Notes under the pieces: generated by a model | Databases searched by the model: none | The model's input: only the letters and a program-made list of their open reading frames with translations | What the model was told of the DNA's origin: nothing | Program-made: the position numbers and the translations under genes | In this document: positions 51,808-64,000 of the stretch, one piece after another | Numbering within the stretch: position 1 is the stretch's first letter | How the letters are laid out: every line of letters starts with the position of its first letter | Assembly: GCA_964016885.1 (NCBI GenBank) | Contig: OZ024741.1 | Location: 4,340,001-4,404,000 of the forward strand | Source of the DNA: Eledone cirrhosa | Taxonomy: Eukaryota | Length of the DNA: 64,000 nucleotides | Direction of reading: 5' to 3'

Positions 51808-52511
51808 GTATAAGGATTCCAACAGTAGAAGAAGGAAAAAGAGAAAGAGAGAGCAAGTGCAATAAAATACTACTTTCCTGTACTGTCAGGTCTGCCCCCC
51901 CCCCCCCTGTTTGTTGCTTTGTTTCATTTTTATCCTTTTTTTTTCATAATTCCAACCCATGCTAGCGCGGAAGATAGACGCTAATCGATGATGATTTGCA
52001 ATGTTATTGATACAACTGTGAATTGATTTATTACCTCGAATTAAATTATAAAATATTTCTTTAAAAAATATGTCTATAAATCAGAAGATTGAAAAAAAAT
52101 ATATTATCAAGTCAAAGAAAAACATGTGCGTGTGTGTGTGTACACGTGTGCATTCGTGCATGTGTGTGTGTGCTCGTGTCTGTATGTGTATGGGATATCC
52201 ACGCACATATGCATACATGCATGTGTATACATATCTGGTTGTATGTATTTGTATGAACATGTCTGTGTAAGTGTATGCATGTGTATATGTAGATCTCCCA
52301 TTTTATCATCTGTATATATGTGCAGCGTCTTAACTATATACGCTTTCCTGAGTACAGTGTGTGTAGCTATGTGTATATTTATCGAAAATACCTTTGAATT
52401 AACGTTTTTGAAAGGCTATTTCAAACATTCTTTTTAAAACGTTCTATTGACAGGGTTTTTCTTTTTGAAATGTGTGTTTTTTAGGGTATTTTTCTGAAAC
52501 GTTGTTAAATG

Positions 52512-54465
52512 TATAACAAAATACTGAGTTGTATAAGTATAACAAGAGACGTGGTTTGTGTGTATAATATTTAATCAACAATTTGTGGTTATATAGAACA
52601 GTATAGTTGACATGTCAATGAATAGATGAGAGAATGAAGCAAAGTTATTAGTTACCGTTTGGTTGCCAGGCGAACGCGCCTGGCCGAAGTCCAGGAGCCG
52701 AAAGAGCAAATGAGAGATAGGGAGCTGAAAGTTATTCCCTTTATAGGGTTCTGCCGGAAGTGACAAAAAGGGTTCTATCACCCCAACAGGAAGCAACTCC
52801 AGCTACTTCCTGTCTAGAGAGCGTTACTCTTTGGTGATGTTTTCGTCACAACAAGGGAGGCAACTCTTGCTACATTAGCCCCCGCCAGATTTTTTAAATA
52901 TAAAAATCGAATGAAATATGTATGTAGTAAGTTGGCGAGAATGTTGTAACTGGCATGAAAATTACGAAAAAACTAATGTTTGCAATAATAGGAAAACAGC
53001 AAAATATATGCATGCAAAAATCAATGATAGATATCAAGGTAGCCAACCGCTCTTGGCCAGAGAACGACTGGACATCTATCTATCGATCACCCAAAGATAC
53101 AATGTAATCAAAGTAAGAGAAGAGCTCAAAGTTCAAAATACAGTTCACAGGTGTGCAATCACATGACAGCAGGAAAGAAAGTGTGTTCCAGAGAATGAAT
53201 GCAGGTGGTTTCTGTTCTGTGGTATAAGGTGAAATTTCCAACCTCCGAATGGATTTTCTCACAGGAAAAGTGTTGCAAAAATAAATTCTGTGGCTTGTTC
53301 TGCTGGTTTTGGTTGTTGGTGAAGCTGTGTTGATGTTGTTGTCTCGCGGAGTGAGCGTATTCGATGTTTAAATTCACAGTAAACATTTTTTTTTAGAAAA
53401 AATGAGTTGCGCAAAGTGCTAGAAATAACAGCCGAAGTTGATGGTCGATGTTGAGAATGCGTTGACCTGGAAGGGTCAAGAGGCCAGCGACCAAAGAAAT
53501 AAGCATTCTGAATAAATGCGCAGTTTTCAACGGCAAATTTACGTGGTAAATTTTTAAACCGGCAAATAGGAGAATATAAATTTAGGCTGGAGAATCCTTG
53601 GCGAGAAACGTTATCTCTGGCGTGTGGTTATCTCCGTGAGTCGAGAATTCTGCTGCATACACGTGCCAATACAAGGTTAAGTTGAAAAAAAAATATTTCT
53701 ATTGCGCGAGAAAATGGCGCGAAAATGATAGTGCAACAGGTAGTTGGCAGCCATTTTGAAAAAATGTGTGTGTGAAAGCGACAATGATGAAAAAGAAAGA
53801 AAGGCTTCACTTAGTATAACAAATATGGCGAGTTCAATTTTTTTTTTTTTTTTTTGTGAACGATGAAAAAAACTTGAACGATGAAGAACACGACGAAAAA
53901 AAGCAATAGTTGAGATTCATCGAAAATAAATGTTCATGTTGAAATGTTTAAAAAAAAAAAAATCAAATTTCTTTTTTTTACGTTTGTTTTTAAAGTGTTC
54001 GTTGTAAGAAGAAACGAAAAACATATATATATATATACAGTGAAATGCGACAGTTAGTTGATGCGTGAGAGAAAAAGAGTCTGTCTGAACGAGAAATTCA
54101 CATGTGCGTGTGTTCGTTTCTGTGTCTGCGTATTTTCATAGTTTGTCAATAAAATTTGCTGCGTATTCGTAATGTTACTCACACAACACCAGATTCTGCT
54201 ATTTTTTTCTTTTTTCGGGGTCACCACTTATAGCATTTTACTGGGCGTTTGGTTGCCAGGCGAACGCGCCTGGCCGAAGGCCAGGAGCCGAAAGGGCAAA
54301 TGAGAGATAGGGAGCTGAAAGTTATTCCCTTTATAGCGTTCTGCCGGAAGTGACAAAAAGGGTTCTATCACCCCAACGAGAAGCAACTCCAGCTACTTCC
54401 TGTCTAGAGAGCGTTACTCTATTGGTGATGTTTTCATCACAACAAGGGAGGCAACACTTGCTACA
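52512..54465 (-). mobile_element. Non-autonomous LTR element, copy 2 (diverged subfamily, single PBS)
   Basis: LTRs at 52512-52874 and 54229-54465 (the latter with an internal deletion of roughly 125 bp). AATG is duplicated at 52508-52511 and 54466-54469. PBS TGGTGACCCCGA on the minus strand at 54215-54226. The interior is homologous to copy 1. Confidence 0.9.
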
Positions 54466-55040
54466 AATGTTTTTCCATTTTAAAAAAAAATTCTTTATAA
54501 TTATTTGCTGCACATTCAATATTTACTGTAATTTTCGCATATAATACAGTTGCGGGTGTGTACGTGATCACTGTGGGTATATAAGTGCCATATGTATCAC
54601 GCCTGCACGAAACATAGACATGGGTGAGGGCGACTACAGGTTGAGAGGGCGGTGACAGGGCGCGAGCGGTACAATCATACAACCCCTTACCTCCTACAGT
54701 AGTAATTCCGATTTAAGAAATAACTTTGATTGACAGGTGGCGAATGAAAGGAACCAAATATAGGACGGCCATGAGTGGCCAAAAATACCGATGACGTGTA
54801 CAATTCTTGACCACTCATAGAATGACAACAACAGGATCTAAGCTGCCGAGTGAGGGCCGCGGGTGTAACTGAACATTTGGAAACTCTGCTTCGTAGAATC
54901 GAGACGTATCTGACGACATTGCGATTTCAGAGTTAGGTTCTATCATTACATCAATCGTGCCTCGAGCTAGTCGCGAGAGAAACGATTGTAATATGTCTAA
55001 TAAATTTTATTCGTCGCAACACTGATTATCCGTTTCTTAT

Positions 55041-55077
<37 letters not shown>

Positions 55078-55089
55078 TATATATATATA

Positions 55090-55747
55090 TATCATCATCA
55101 TCATCATTATCATCATCATTTTACGTCCGCTTTTCCATGCTTGCAAGGGTGGGACGGGTCTTATTTAGCACAGCATCTCTCCACTCGTCACGGTCCTTCG
55201 TCATCTCCACCGTGAGCTTCAGCGATCTGAGGTCTTTTCTCACCACCTCCGCTCATGTTTTTCGTGGTCTACCTCTACCAGGTCTTCCTTCAACTGGCAT
55301 TTCCTGGTACTTCTTCACCCATCGGCCATCCTCCATGCGCATCACATGTCCATACCACCTCAGTCCCCTCTCTCACACACTACATTCTAACCCTCTCAGA
55401 CACAGTTTCTCTCTCAAAACATTTATGCTGGGTCGTTCACGCACATTGACATTGCACATCCAACGGAGCATGCTTGCCTCATTTCTCTCCAGTCGTCGCA
55501 TATCCTCTGCAGCTGCTGCCCATGTCTCACTACCATACAGCATCGCGCTCCTCACACAGGCATCATATAATCGGCCTTTCGTACGCAGGGAGAAACCCTT
55601 CTTCGTCAGCAGAGGAAGCAACTCCCTAAACTTCTTCCAACCCGTCCTTATTCTAGACACTATGGCCTCGGAACACCCTCCTCCCATGCTAACCTGATCT
55701 CCTAGGTACCGGAAGCAATCCACCACTTCTATAGCACCCGCCTGCAT
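55090..55747 (-). mobile_element. 5'-truncated RTE-type LINE (ORF C-terminus plus (TGA)n tail)
   Basis: FRYLGD...GWKKFRELLPLL...MLYGSETW, with 3' end GCAAGCATGGAAAAGCGGACGTAAAATGATGA. Confidence 0.85.
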
Positions 55748-55756
55748 TTGAAAAAA

Positions 55757-56840
55757 TCATCATCATCATCATCATCGTTTAACGTCCATCTTCCACGCTT
55801 GCATGGGTTTGGACGGGAATTTTCCCACTTGAGGCAAGATTGGTTGTCTTGCTCGTATAGGACTGTCTGGCGGGTTTTCTACGGCTGGATGCCCTTCCTA
55901 ACACCAACCACGTTTACAGTGTGGACTGGGAGGTTTTTACCGTGTTACCTACACGGCCACATTACAGCGTGGACTGTGTGTTTTTTTGTCGTGACACCTA
56001 CACGACCTCATTTATTTAGAACTGGATGTTGTGGTACCAACATAACTTTACATCGAAGGGGGCTGGTGTGGATGGGGTGGGCGTATTGGGACGGGGGTGT
56101 ATTTTGGTAAGAGGTGCGTACTGACTGTAGGTTTCGCTTTGCACTTAGGCAAGGCGGGTCTTCTGTATTACTGCGTAGTGCCAAAGATCTCGGTCCAGTG
56201 ACATTGTCTTGGAGATGTGTAAGTGTGTGAGGTCGGAATTTATCAAGTCGTCCCAGGTTTTTCTGGGTCTGCCTACTCCGTGGCTACCGTCTATTTTGAT
56301 CGCTCTGCACTTTTTTTTTATAAAGCTGTCGTCTTTCATGCGCATCACGTGACCATACTAACGTAGTCTTCTCTCGAGTAAGCAGCATCTGATCCCTCTT
56401 ATTCCTAATTTCTCACTTAGTTCATTTATGCTTTGTCGTTCACGTATATTACTATTACACATCCAACGGAGCATGCAAGCTTCGTTCCTCTCCAGTCTGC
56501 GTAGATCCTCTGCACACAATGCCCAGGTCTCACTACCATGTAACATTGCTGTTCGTATACAAGCATCATACAGCCTGCCTTTCATTTTTAGAGAGAAACC
56601 TTTAGCGGCCAACAGTGGTATAAGCCCTCTGAACTTTTTCCATCCCGTTCTGACTCTAGCTACTGTACTTTCAGAGCACCCTCCCCCACTGCCGATTTTG
56701 TCACCCAGGTAACGGAAGCTGTCCACTATTTCTATAGAACCATCTGTGCAATGGAATGGGCTAGTATTCTGTGGACACTTGCTGCTACTTATTGCACCTG
56801 AGCACCAGTCACATATAAAATCTATATTCTTAGTTAGCAA
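55757..56840 (-). mobile_element. 5'-truncated RTE-type LINE, second subfamily
   Basis: ORFs 56358-56840 and 56145-56348 (HGSETW, GRPRKTW), a long 3' UTR and a (TGA)n tail. Near-identical to 60813-61890. Confidence 0.87.
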
Positions 56841-56864
56841 TCCTAAATCAAATATCAGAAATTA

Positions 56865-57000
56865 TAAATAAAAAAATAAATAAATAAATAAATAAATAAA
56901 TAGAAAAATAAAAAAATAAAAAAATAAAAAAATAAAAAAATAAAAAAATAAAAAAATAAAAAAATAAAAAAAATAAAAAAATAAAAAAATAAAAAAATTA
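56865..57000. repeat. A-rich simple repeat (A3-7T)n
   Basis: Read directly. Confidence 0.9.
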
Positions 57001-57439
57001 ACAATTAGAAATTAAAAAAATTTTCAAGTGATAATCCGGATTGAAGTGAGTAAAAAAACTGATTGAAGTGAGTAAATAATATGCAGAGAGATGTTTAAGT
57101 AAGAAGTTCTGAAAGGGGTCCTAATGTCGCATCTACACTATCCACATATTGAACGATAGTGCCGTACACCAGAACGGAGGGTAAATTACAGTATTAAAGG
57201 CAGTATTCTGTTACATAGTCATCATTTCCATCACATGGAACAAAACCCCCCAAAAAACAGATATAAAGTACACTAAAGAAAAGAACCAATAATGAATAAA
57301 TGCAAAAACACAGAGTACATATATGCAAAATGATCCATATGATTGTCAATTTGACAAGCTGTCTGACGATGTCGCGGCACTCGCACACAGACAGTGTGGC
57401 CAGTGTCGTCATTGAAATATATATCACAGCATTATTATG

Positions 57440-57626
57440 ATTGGCAGTATCGGTAGAGGGTCGGACGCCATGCTTTGACGCAAAGAGTTACGGCCCTTTC
57501 CATTCTGAGTTCAAATCCCGCTGAGGTTAACTTTGCCTTTCATCCTTACGGGGTCGATAAAATAAAGTACCAGTAATACACTGGTAATTGGTGGCCTTTT
57601 GCCAAAAGTAGAAACAATTATTATTA
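57440..57626 (+). mobile_element. tRNA-derived SINE (octopus-type, Nin/Deu-like core)
   Basis: Box A-like TGGCAGTATCGG, box B GAGTTCAAATCC, core GCCTTTCATCCTTACGGGGTCGATAAAATAAAGTACCAG and an (ATT)n tail. The family assignment is from recall. Confidence 0.75.
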
Positions 57627-57665
57627 AAAGACTTGAACATCTGAAACTACTTCGCTTTTCCTTAT

Positions 57666-57715
<50 letters not shown>

Positions 57716-57727
57716 ATGAATTAGTAT

Positions 57728-58532
57728 ATCTAGCAACATATATATATACACAGATGCATACTTATGCTAGCAAATATATAGGTTTTGTCTTAGTAACTTT
57801 GTGGTTCAATGCATGGGGATGCAGAACAATAATATGAGAGACGTAAAATAAGAAAATTATAAAATTAACTTACTTACGAAAATTTCACTCCAACTAATTA
57901 GTTTCTGAAGAAACGTACATAGTTTCCGAAGAAACGTACGGAGAAGCCTTTCGTTATCAGGGAAGTCTATTCTCAGCTAAGTTTCCAGGCAATACGTGGA
58001 CACAGGGAACTTATACAAAAATAATTCAGTGGATGGAAAAAAGCAAAGCGTGGACTAAATTCCAAGCCATTGAAAAAAATCACTGCCTTCTGCGTCGGTG
58101 GCAAATTCAAAAGAATCAGTCACGTGACATCGAGGTCAATCAGTGAAGAGTAGTTTATTAAGAAGACAGCAGCCGGACCGTTACTATAGTAGCAGTTTTG
58201 GCCAATTTTTGCTCGACAAAATAATTTGGAGATAATTATAAAGAATTATTATATCTAGTAACATATATATACACAGATGCATACTTATGCTAGCAAATAT
58301 ATAGGTTTTGTCTTAGTAACTTTGTGGTTCAATGCATGGGGATGCAGAACAATAATATGAGAGACGTAAAATAAGAAAATTATAAAATTAACTTGCTTAC
58401 TAAAATTAGACTTCCCTGATGACGAAAGGCTTCTCCGTACGTTTCTTCGGAAACTATGTTTATTCCCTTCCAGAAACTAATTAGTTGGAGTGAAATTTTA
58501 GTAAGTTAAATTTATAATTTTCTTATTTTACG

Positions 58533-58540
<8 letters not shown>
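57728..58540. repeat. Foldback-like structure with overlapping direct and inverted repeats between two (TA)n tracts
   Basis: Inverted arms at 57834-57969 and 58407-58540. A direct repeat of about 150 bp at ~57728-57878 and ~58253-58400. Confidence 0.8.
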
Positions 58541-58604
<64 letters not shown>

Positions 58605-58667
58605 TTGTGTACGCCAACGGAGCATGCATGCTTTGTTCTTTTCCAGTCTGTGCAAGTCCTCATATGT

Positions 58668-58900
58668 ATCATCATCATCACCGTTTTATGTCCGTTCTTC
58701 CACGCTAGCATGGGTTCGACGGATTGTCCTGACGTGGGCAGTTTCGGGTTGGCTGACCATGCCTTGCTCATACAGGAACTAATTCTGGCTTGATTTCTGC
58801 AGCTGGATGCCCTTCCTAACACCAACCTCATTTACAGTGAGTGCTGGGTGCTTTTTTACCATGGCCACTACACGGTCACTTTACAGTGGGGGCTGGGTGG
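58668..58900 (-). mobile_element. Short retroposon with an RTE-type 3' end
   Basis: (TGA)n tail and GCTGGATGCCCTTCCTAACACCAACC motif shared with the RTE 3' UTRs. Inverted copy at 59254-59500. Confidence 0.75.
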
Positions 58901-58934
58901 GGGCATATTGTCTGTACGAATTCGTATTAGTGGC

Positions 58935-59089
58935 CGTATGTATGTGTATGTTTGTGTGTATGTGTGTATATATGTGTATGTATCCGCATGTATATGCGTA
59001 GCTGTGTATGTGTCTATATATGTGTATATGTATATATATGTATGTGCGTTTTATATATATGTATATATGTATATATGTATTTATTTATA

Positions 59090-59174
<85 letters not shown>

Positions 59175-59250
59175 TGTATGTATGTATGTATATGTGTGTA
59201 TATATATATATTTGTGTGTACGTGTGTATATATGTATGTATATGTGTTTG
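58935..59250. repeat. (TA)n/(TATG)n compound microsatellite
   Basis: Read directly. Confidence 0.95.
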
Positions 59251-59253
59251 CAT

Positions 59254-59500
59254 AAACACCCAGTCCACACTGTAAAGTGGTCGTGGTGGTGCCATGGTAA
59301 AAAAGCACCCAGCACTCACTGTAAATGAAGTTGGTGTTAGGAAAGGCATCCAGCTGTAGAAATCAAGCCAGAATTTTCCCGTATAAGCAAGGCATGGTCA
59401 GCCGACCGGACACTGCTCACAACAGGACAATCCGTCGAACACATGCTAGTGTGGAAGAACGGACGTAAAACAGTGATGATGATAATGATGATGATGATGA
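59254..59500 (+). mobile_element. Short retroposon with an RTE-type 3' end (inverted partner of 58668-58900)
   Basis: Reverse-complement similarity along about 230 bp, ending GGACGTAAAACAGTGATGATGA. Confidence 0.75.
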
Positions 59501-59574
59501 TATATATATCTCCCCAGAATTAGATGGTAGTCTAGATCTAGTAGTTTTTCCTATCACAGTAATATATATATATA

Positions 59575-59850
59575 TCATCATCATCATCATCATCATCATC
59601 GTCGTTTAACGTCCATCTTCCACGCTAGCATGGGTTTGGACAGGAATTGTCCCACGTGAGTCAACATTGGTTGTCTTTCTCGTATAGGACTGTCTGGCAA
59701 GTTTTCTACGGTTGGATGCCCTTCCTAACACCAACCACGTTTACAGAGTGGAACTGGGAGGTTTTTACCGTGTTACCTACACGGCCACATTACAGCGTGG
59801 ACTGTGTGTTTTTTGTCGTGACACCTACACAACCTCATTTATTTAGGACT
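59575..59850 (-). mobile_element. RTE-type LINE 3' UTR fragment
   Basis: Matches 55757-56020 and 60813-61080. Confidence 0.82.
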
Positions 59851-59859
59851 CGATATTGT

Positions 59860-59860
59860 T

Positions 59861-59892
<32 letters not shown>

Positions 59893-59932
59893 CATGTGTG
59901 TGTATATATATATGTATATATATGTATATATA

Positions 59933-59965
<33 letters not shown>

Positions 59966-60003
59966 TTGTGTGTGTGTGTGTATGTATGTGAGTATATGTG
60001 TAT

Positions 60004-60037
<34 letters not shown>

Positions 60038-60040
60038 GTA
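59860..60040. repeat. (TA)n/(TG)n microsatellite
   Basis: Read directly. Confidence 0.95.
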
Positions 60041-60547
60041 AAAGTTCTATTTAAATTGTTGGGATACAACAAGCAAATATTTTTATAACTGATATAAAGC
60101 ATTCAACAAATAATTGGAGTAAAAATACGATATTAACAAATGGAAACTATATTTATAAAACCATATTTATTTCATTATACATATTTCAAGGACACCAAGT
60201 TAAATTATGGTGTGCTTTCATCAGATAAAATATAATATAGAGCAGTTTTATAAATAAATATTGACATACGCTTAAAGAATGCAACCATTACTGTTGGAAG
60301 CTCCCGGATAGTGGGGTTATAACTTTATTTATACTATTATGTAAATTAGTATTGGATATTTTTAAATAAGTCGTTGGGTTACGGAGAAAGAGAGAGAGAG
60401 AAGAACATGAGAGAGAAAAAAAGAAAAAAGTTAGAGAGAAAAGAGAAAGAGAAGAGAGAGCGAAAGCTCTAAGTGATAGGTTGTTGAGTTATCTTAACAT
60501 TTGAGATGAAGTGAAAGAATAAATAAATATTTATTTTTTATGGATGA

Positions 60548-60575
60548 ATATATATATACATAGATATATATATAT

Positions 60576-60663
<88 letters not shown>

Positions 60664-60813
60664 ATGTGTGTGTATGTATATATATGTATATATATGTATA
60701 TATATATAGACATGTATGTGTATATATATATATATGTGTGTGTGTAATATGTGTATATATATGTATATATGGGTATATATATATATATATATGTGTGTAT
60801 ATATATATATATA
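60548..60813. repeat. (TA)n compound microsatellite
   Basis: Read directly. Confidence 0.95.
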
Positions 60814-61927
60814 TCATCATCATCATCATCATCGTTTAACGTCCATATTCCACGCTTGCATGGGTTTGGGCGGGAGTTTTCCCACTTGAGGCAAGAGTGG
60901 TTGTCTTGCTCGCATAGGACTGTCTGGCGGGTTTTCTATCGCTGGATGCCCTTCCTAACACCAACCACATTTACAGTGTGGAACTGGGAGGTTTTTACCG
61001 TGTTACCTACACGGCCACATTACAGCGTGGACTGTGTGTTTTTTTGTCGTGACACCTACACGACCTCATTTGTTTCGAACTGGATGTTGTAGTACCAACA
61101 TAACTTTACATTGAAAGGGGTGGTGTGGATGGGGTGGGGGTATTGGGACAGGGGTGTATTTTGTTAGAGGTGCCTACTGACTGTAGTAGGTTTCACTTTG
61201 TACTTAGGTAAGGCGGGTCCTCTCTATTACTGTGTAGCGCCAAAGATCTCGGTCCAGTGACATTGTCTTGGAGAGGTGTAAGTGTGTGAGGTCGGAATTT
61301 ATCAAGTCGTCCCAGGTTTTTCTGGGTCTGCCTACTCCGTGGCTACCGTCTATTTTTATTGCCCTGCACTTTTTTATACAGCTGTTGTCTTTCATGCGCA
61401 TCACGTGACAATACCAACGTAGTCTTCTCTCGAGTAAACAACATCTGATCCCTCTTATTTCTAATTTTTCCCTTAGTTCGTTTATGCTTTGCCGTTCACG
61501 TATATTACTATTACACATCCAGCGGAGCATGCAAGCTTCGTTCCTCTCCAGTCTGCGTATATCCTCTGCACACAATGCCCAGGTCTCACTGCCATGTAAC
61601 ATTGCTGTTCGTATGCAGGCATCATACAGCCTGCCTTTGATTTTTAGGGAGAACCCTTTAGCGGCTAATAGTGGTATAAACTCTCTGAACTTTTTCCATC
61701 CAGTTCTGACTCTAGCTACTGTACTTTCAGAGCACCCTCCCCCACTGCTGATTTTGTCACCCAGGTAACGGAAGCTGTCCACTATTTCTATAGAACCATC
61801 TGTGCAATGGAATGAGCTAGTATTCCATGGGCACTTGCTGCTACTTATTGCACCAGAGCACCGGCCACATGTAAAATCTATGTTCTTAGTTAGCTTACCT
61901 GTGATCCCACTACATCTTTTATGCACC
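60813..61927 (-). mobile_element. RTE-type LINE 3' portion, interrupted by LTR element copy 3
   Basis: 240-aa ORF 61204-61926 (HKRCSG...CGRC, FRYLGD, HGSETW, LRWYCHVMR, GRPRKTW) and a (TGA)n tail. Confidence 0.88.
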
Positions 61928-63208
61928 TGTAGCGGTTGTCTCCCTTGTTTGGGTTATCATCTAGACGGGAAGTAGAACCCTTTCTGCAACTTCCGGTCAG
62001 AACCCTATAAAACTAACAACTTTAAGTTCTCATTCTCTCATTGCCTTTTCGGCACCAGGCCAAGAGCCTCTCATTTGGCCTTCCTGGCGCCTGGCTGGCC
62101 TTAGCCAGGCGTCCTCTGCCAGCCGCGTTTGCCTGGCAATCAAAACGGTAACTACTAACTTTGCTTCATTCTATCATCTATTTCTTTGACATTGCAACTA
62201 TACTATCTACCATTGTTTGTTAATTAAATATTATACACACAAACAATGTATTCCTTGTTACATTCATGCAACCCAGTATCTTCGCTAAATTGGTAACACT
62301 GACGTGATACGAACACGCAGCCGTTCATCGCTATAAGTGGTCACCCCAAAAAAAGAAAAAAATAGCACATCTGGTTTTGTGTGAGTAACATTACGAATAC
62401 ACAGCAAATTTATCGACAAACTATGAAAATACTCAGTAAAAGAAACAAACGCACACACGCACATGTGGAATTCGCACAAACAGACTTTTTCTCTCACACA
62501 TCAACTAACTGTCGCATTTCACCAATATATATATGTTTCTCGTTTCTTACAACGAACACTTCCAAAAAAAAAAAAAAAAAAAAAACATTTCACGATATAT
62601 ATATATGTTTCTCGTTTCTTACAACGAACTCTTTCAAAACAAAACAAAAAAAAAGAAATTTGATATTCTTTAAAAAACATTTCAACAGGAACATTTATTT
62701 TCGATGACCCATTGCCTTTTTGTTCATCGTTTTCTTCATCGTTCAAGTTTTTTTTTTCCAAAGTTCACACCAATAATTATGCTGAGTGAAGCCTTTCTTT
62801 TTCATCATTGTCACTTTCAAAATTGCACTATCATTTTCTCGCGCGTTAGAAATATTAATTTTTCAACCTTGTATTGGCACGTGTAGGCAGCACAAATCCT
62901 CGACTCACAGAGATAGCCGCACGCCAGAGATAACATTTCTCGCCAAGGATTCTTCAGCCTTAAGCTATATTCTTCTATTTGCCGGTTTATAAATTTACAA
63001 TGTAAATTTACCGTTGATAACCGCGCATTTATTCAGAATGCTTATTTCTCTGGTCGCTGGCCTCTTGACCCTTCCAGGTCAACGCATTCTCAACATCGAC
63101 CATCAACTTCGGCTGCTATTTCTAGCACTTTGCGCAACTCATTTTTTCTAAAAAAAAAAATTTTTTTTTACTGTGAATTTAAACACCGAATACGCTCACT
63201 CAGCGAGA

Positions 63209-63241
<33 letters not shown>

Positions 63242-64000
63242 TACATCAACACAGCTTCACTAACAACCAAAGCCAGAGAATTTATTTTTGCAGCACTCTT
63301 CCTGTGAGAAAATCCATTCGGAGGTTGGAAATTTCACGATATACCACAGAACAGAGACCACCTGCATTCATTCTCTGGAACACACTTTCTTTCCTGCTGT
63401 CAAGTGATTGCACACCTGTGAACTATATTTTGTACATTTGAACTTTGAGCTCTTCTCTTACTTTATTACATTGTATCTTTGGGTGATGGATAAATGGATG
63501 TCCAGTCGTTCTCTGGCCAAGAGCGGTTGGCTACCTTGATATCTATCATTGATTTTTCCAAACATTCTCTTGTCGTAATTTTCATGCCTGTTACAACATT
63601 CTCGCCAACTTGCTACATATTTTCATTTCGATTTTTATACACTAAAATTCTGGCGGGAGGTTATGTAGCAGTTGTCTCCCTTGTTTGGGTTATCATCTAG
63701 ACGGGAAGTAGAACCCTTTCTGCAACTTCCGGTCAGAACCCTATAAAACTAACAACTTTAAGTTCTCACTCTCTCATTGCCTTTTCGGCACCAGGCCAAG
63801 AGCCTCTCATTTGGCCTTCCTGGCGCCTGGCTGGCCTTAGCCAGGCGTCCTCTGCCAGCCGCGTTTGCCTGGCAATCAAAACGGTAACTACCAACTTTGC
63901 TTCATTCTATCATCTATTTCTTTGACATTGCAACTATACTATCTACCATTGTTAATTAAATATTATACACACAAACAATGTATTCCTTGTTACATTCATA
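61928..64000 (+). mobile_element. Non-autonomous LTR element, copy 3 (same subfamily as copy 1; 3' LTR cut by the window end)
   Basis: 5' LTR 61928-62289 (TGTAGCG...CGCTAAA), extended PBS 62291-62322, relic PBS 62338-62347, PPT 63651-63663 and 3' LTR from 63664. The left flank is CACC. Confidence 0.92.

Noticed and set aside
54470-55040. Unique, moderately CpG-rich stretch that might be an exon or promoter
   Set aside because: No ORF, splice structure or motif could be supported, so it is left unannotated.
58523-61092. YI/CV-repeat ORFs
   Set aside because: They are translations of TA/TG microsatellites.

Overview
Eukaryotic, repeat-only window with no host gene recognised. It is probably octopus/cephalopod, inferred from the SINE and RTE tail types. 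About 35 kb is a 49-bp palindrome-rich satellite (1-48158), which three insertions split into blocks. (i) A 2.1-kb non-coding LTR element (15908-18005, 4-bp TSD GGCC); two more copies lie at 52512-54465 and 61928->64000. (ii) An intact, compact 4.2-kb Gypsy-like LTR retrotransposon (27759-31972) with a -1 frameshift signal and no canonical tRNA primer-binding site. (iii) A 5'-truncated CR1-like LINE split exactly at a codon boundary by a near-full-length relative (32443-39605). Beyond the array edge lie a (GGT/AGT)n tract, a 47-bp minisatellite, a hAT-like MITE, RTE-type LINE fragments, SINEs and TA microsatellites. The most unusual signals are: a doubled primer-binding site in the non-coding LTR family that contains a 32-nt tRNA-Trp copy with a substitution exactly at tRNA position 58; the Gypsy element's self-complementary, non-TGG primer site; and two different LTR elements inserted at the same base of the satellite monomer. 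All calls were made by eye with no database searches, and tRNA comparisons rely on recalled sequences.
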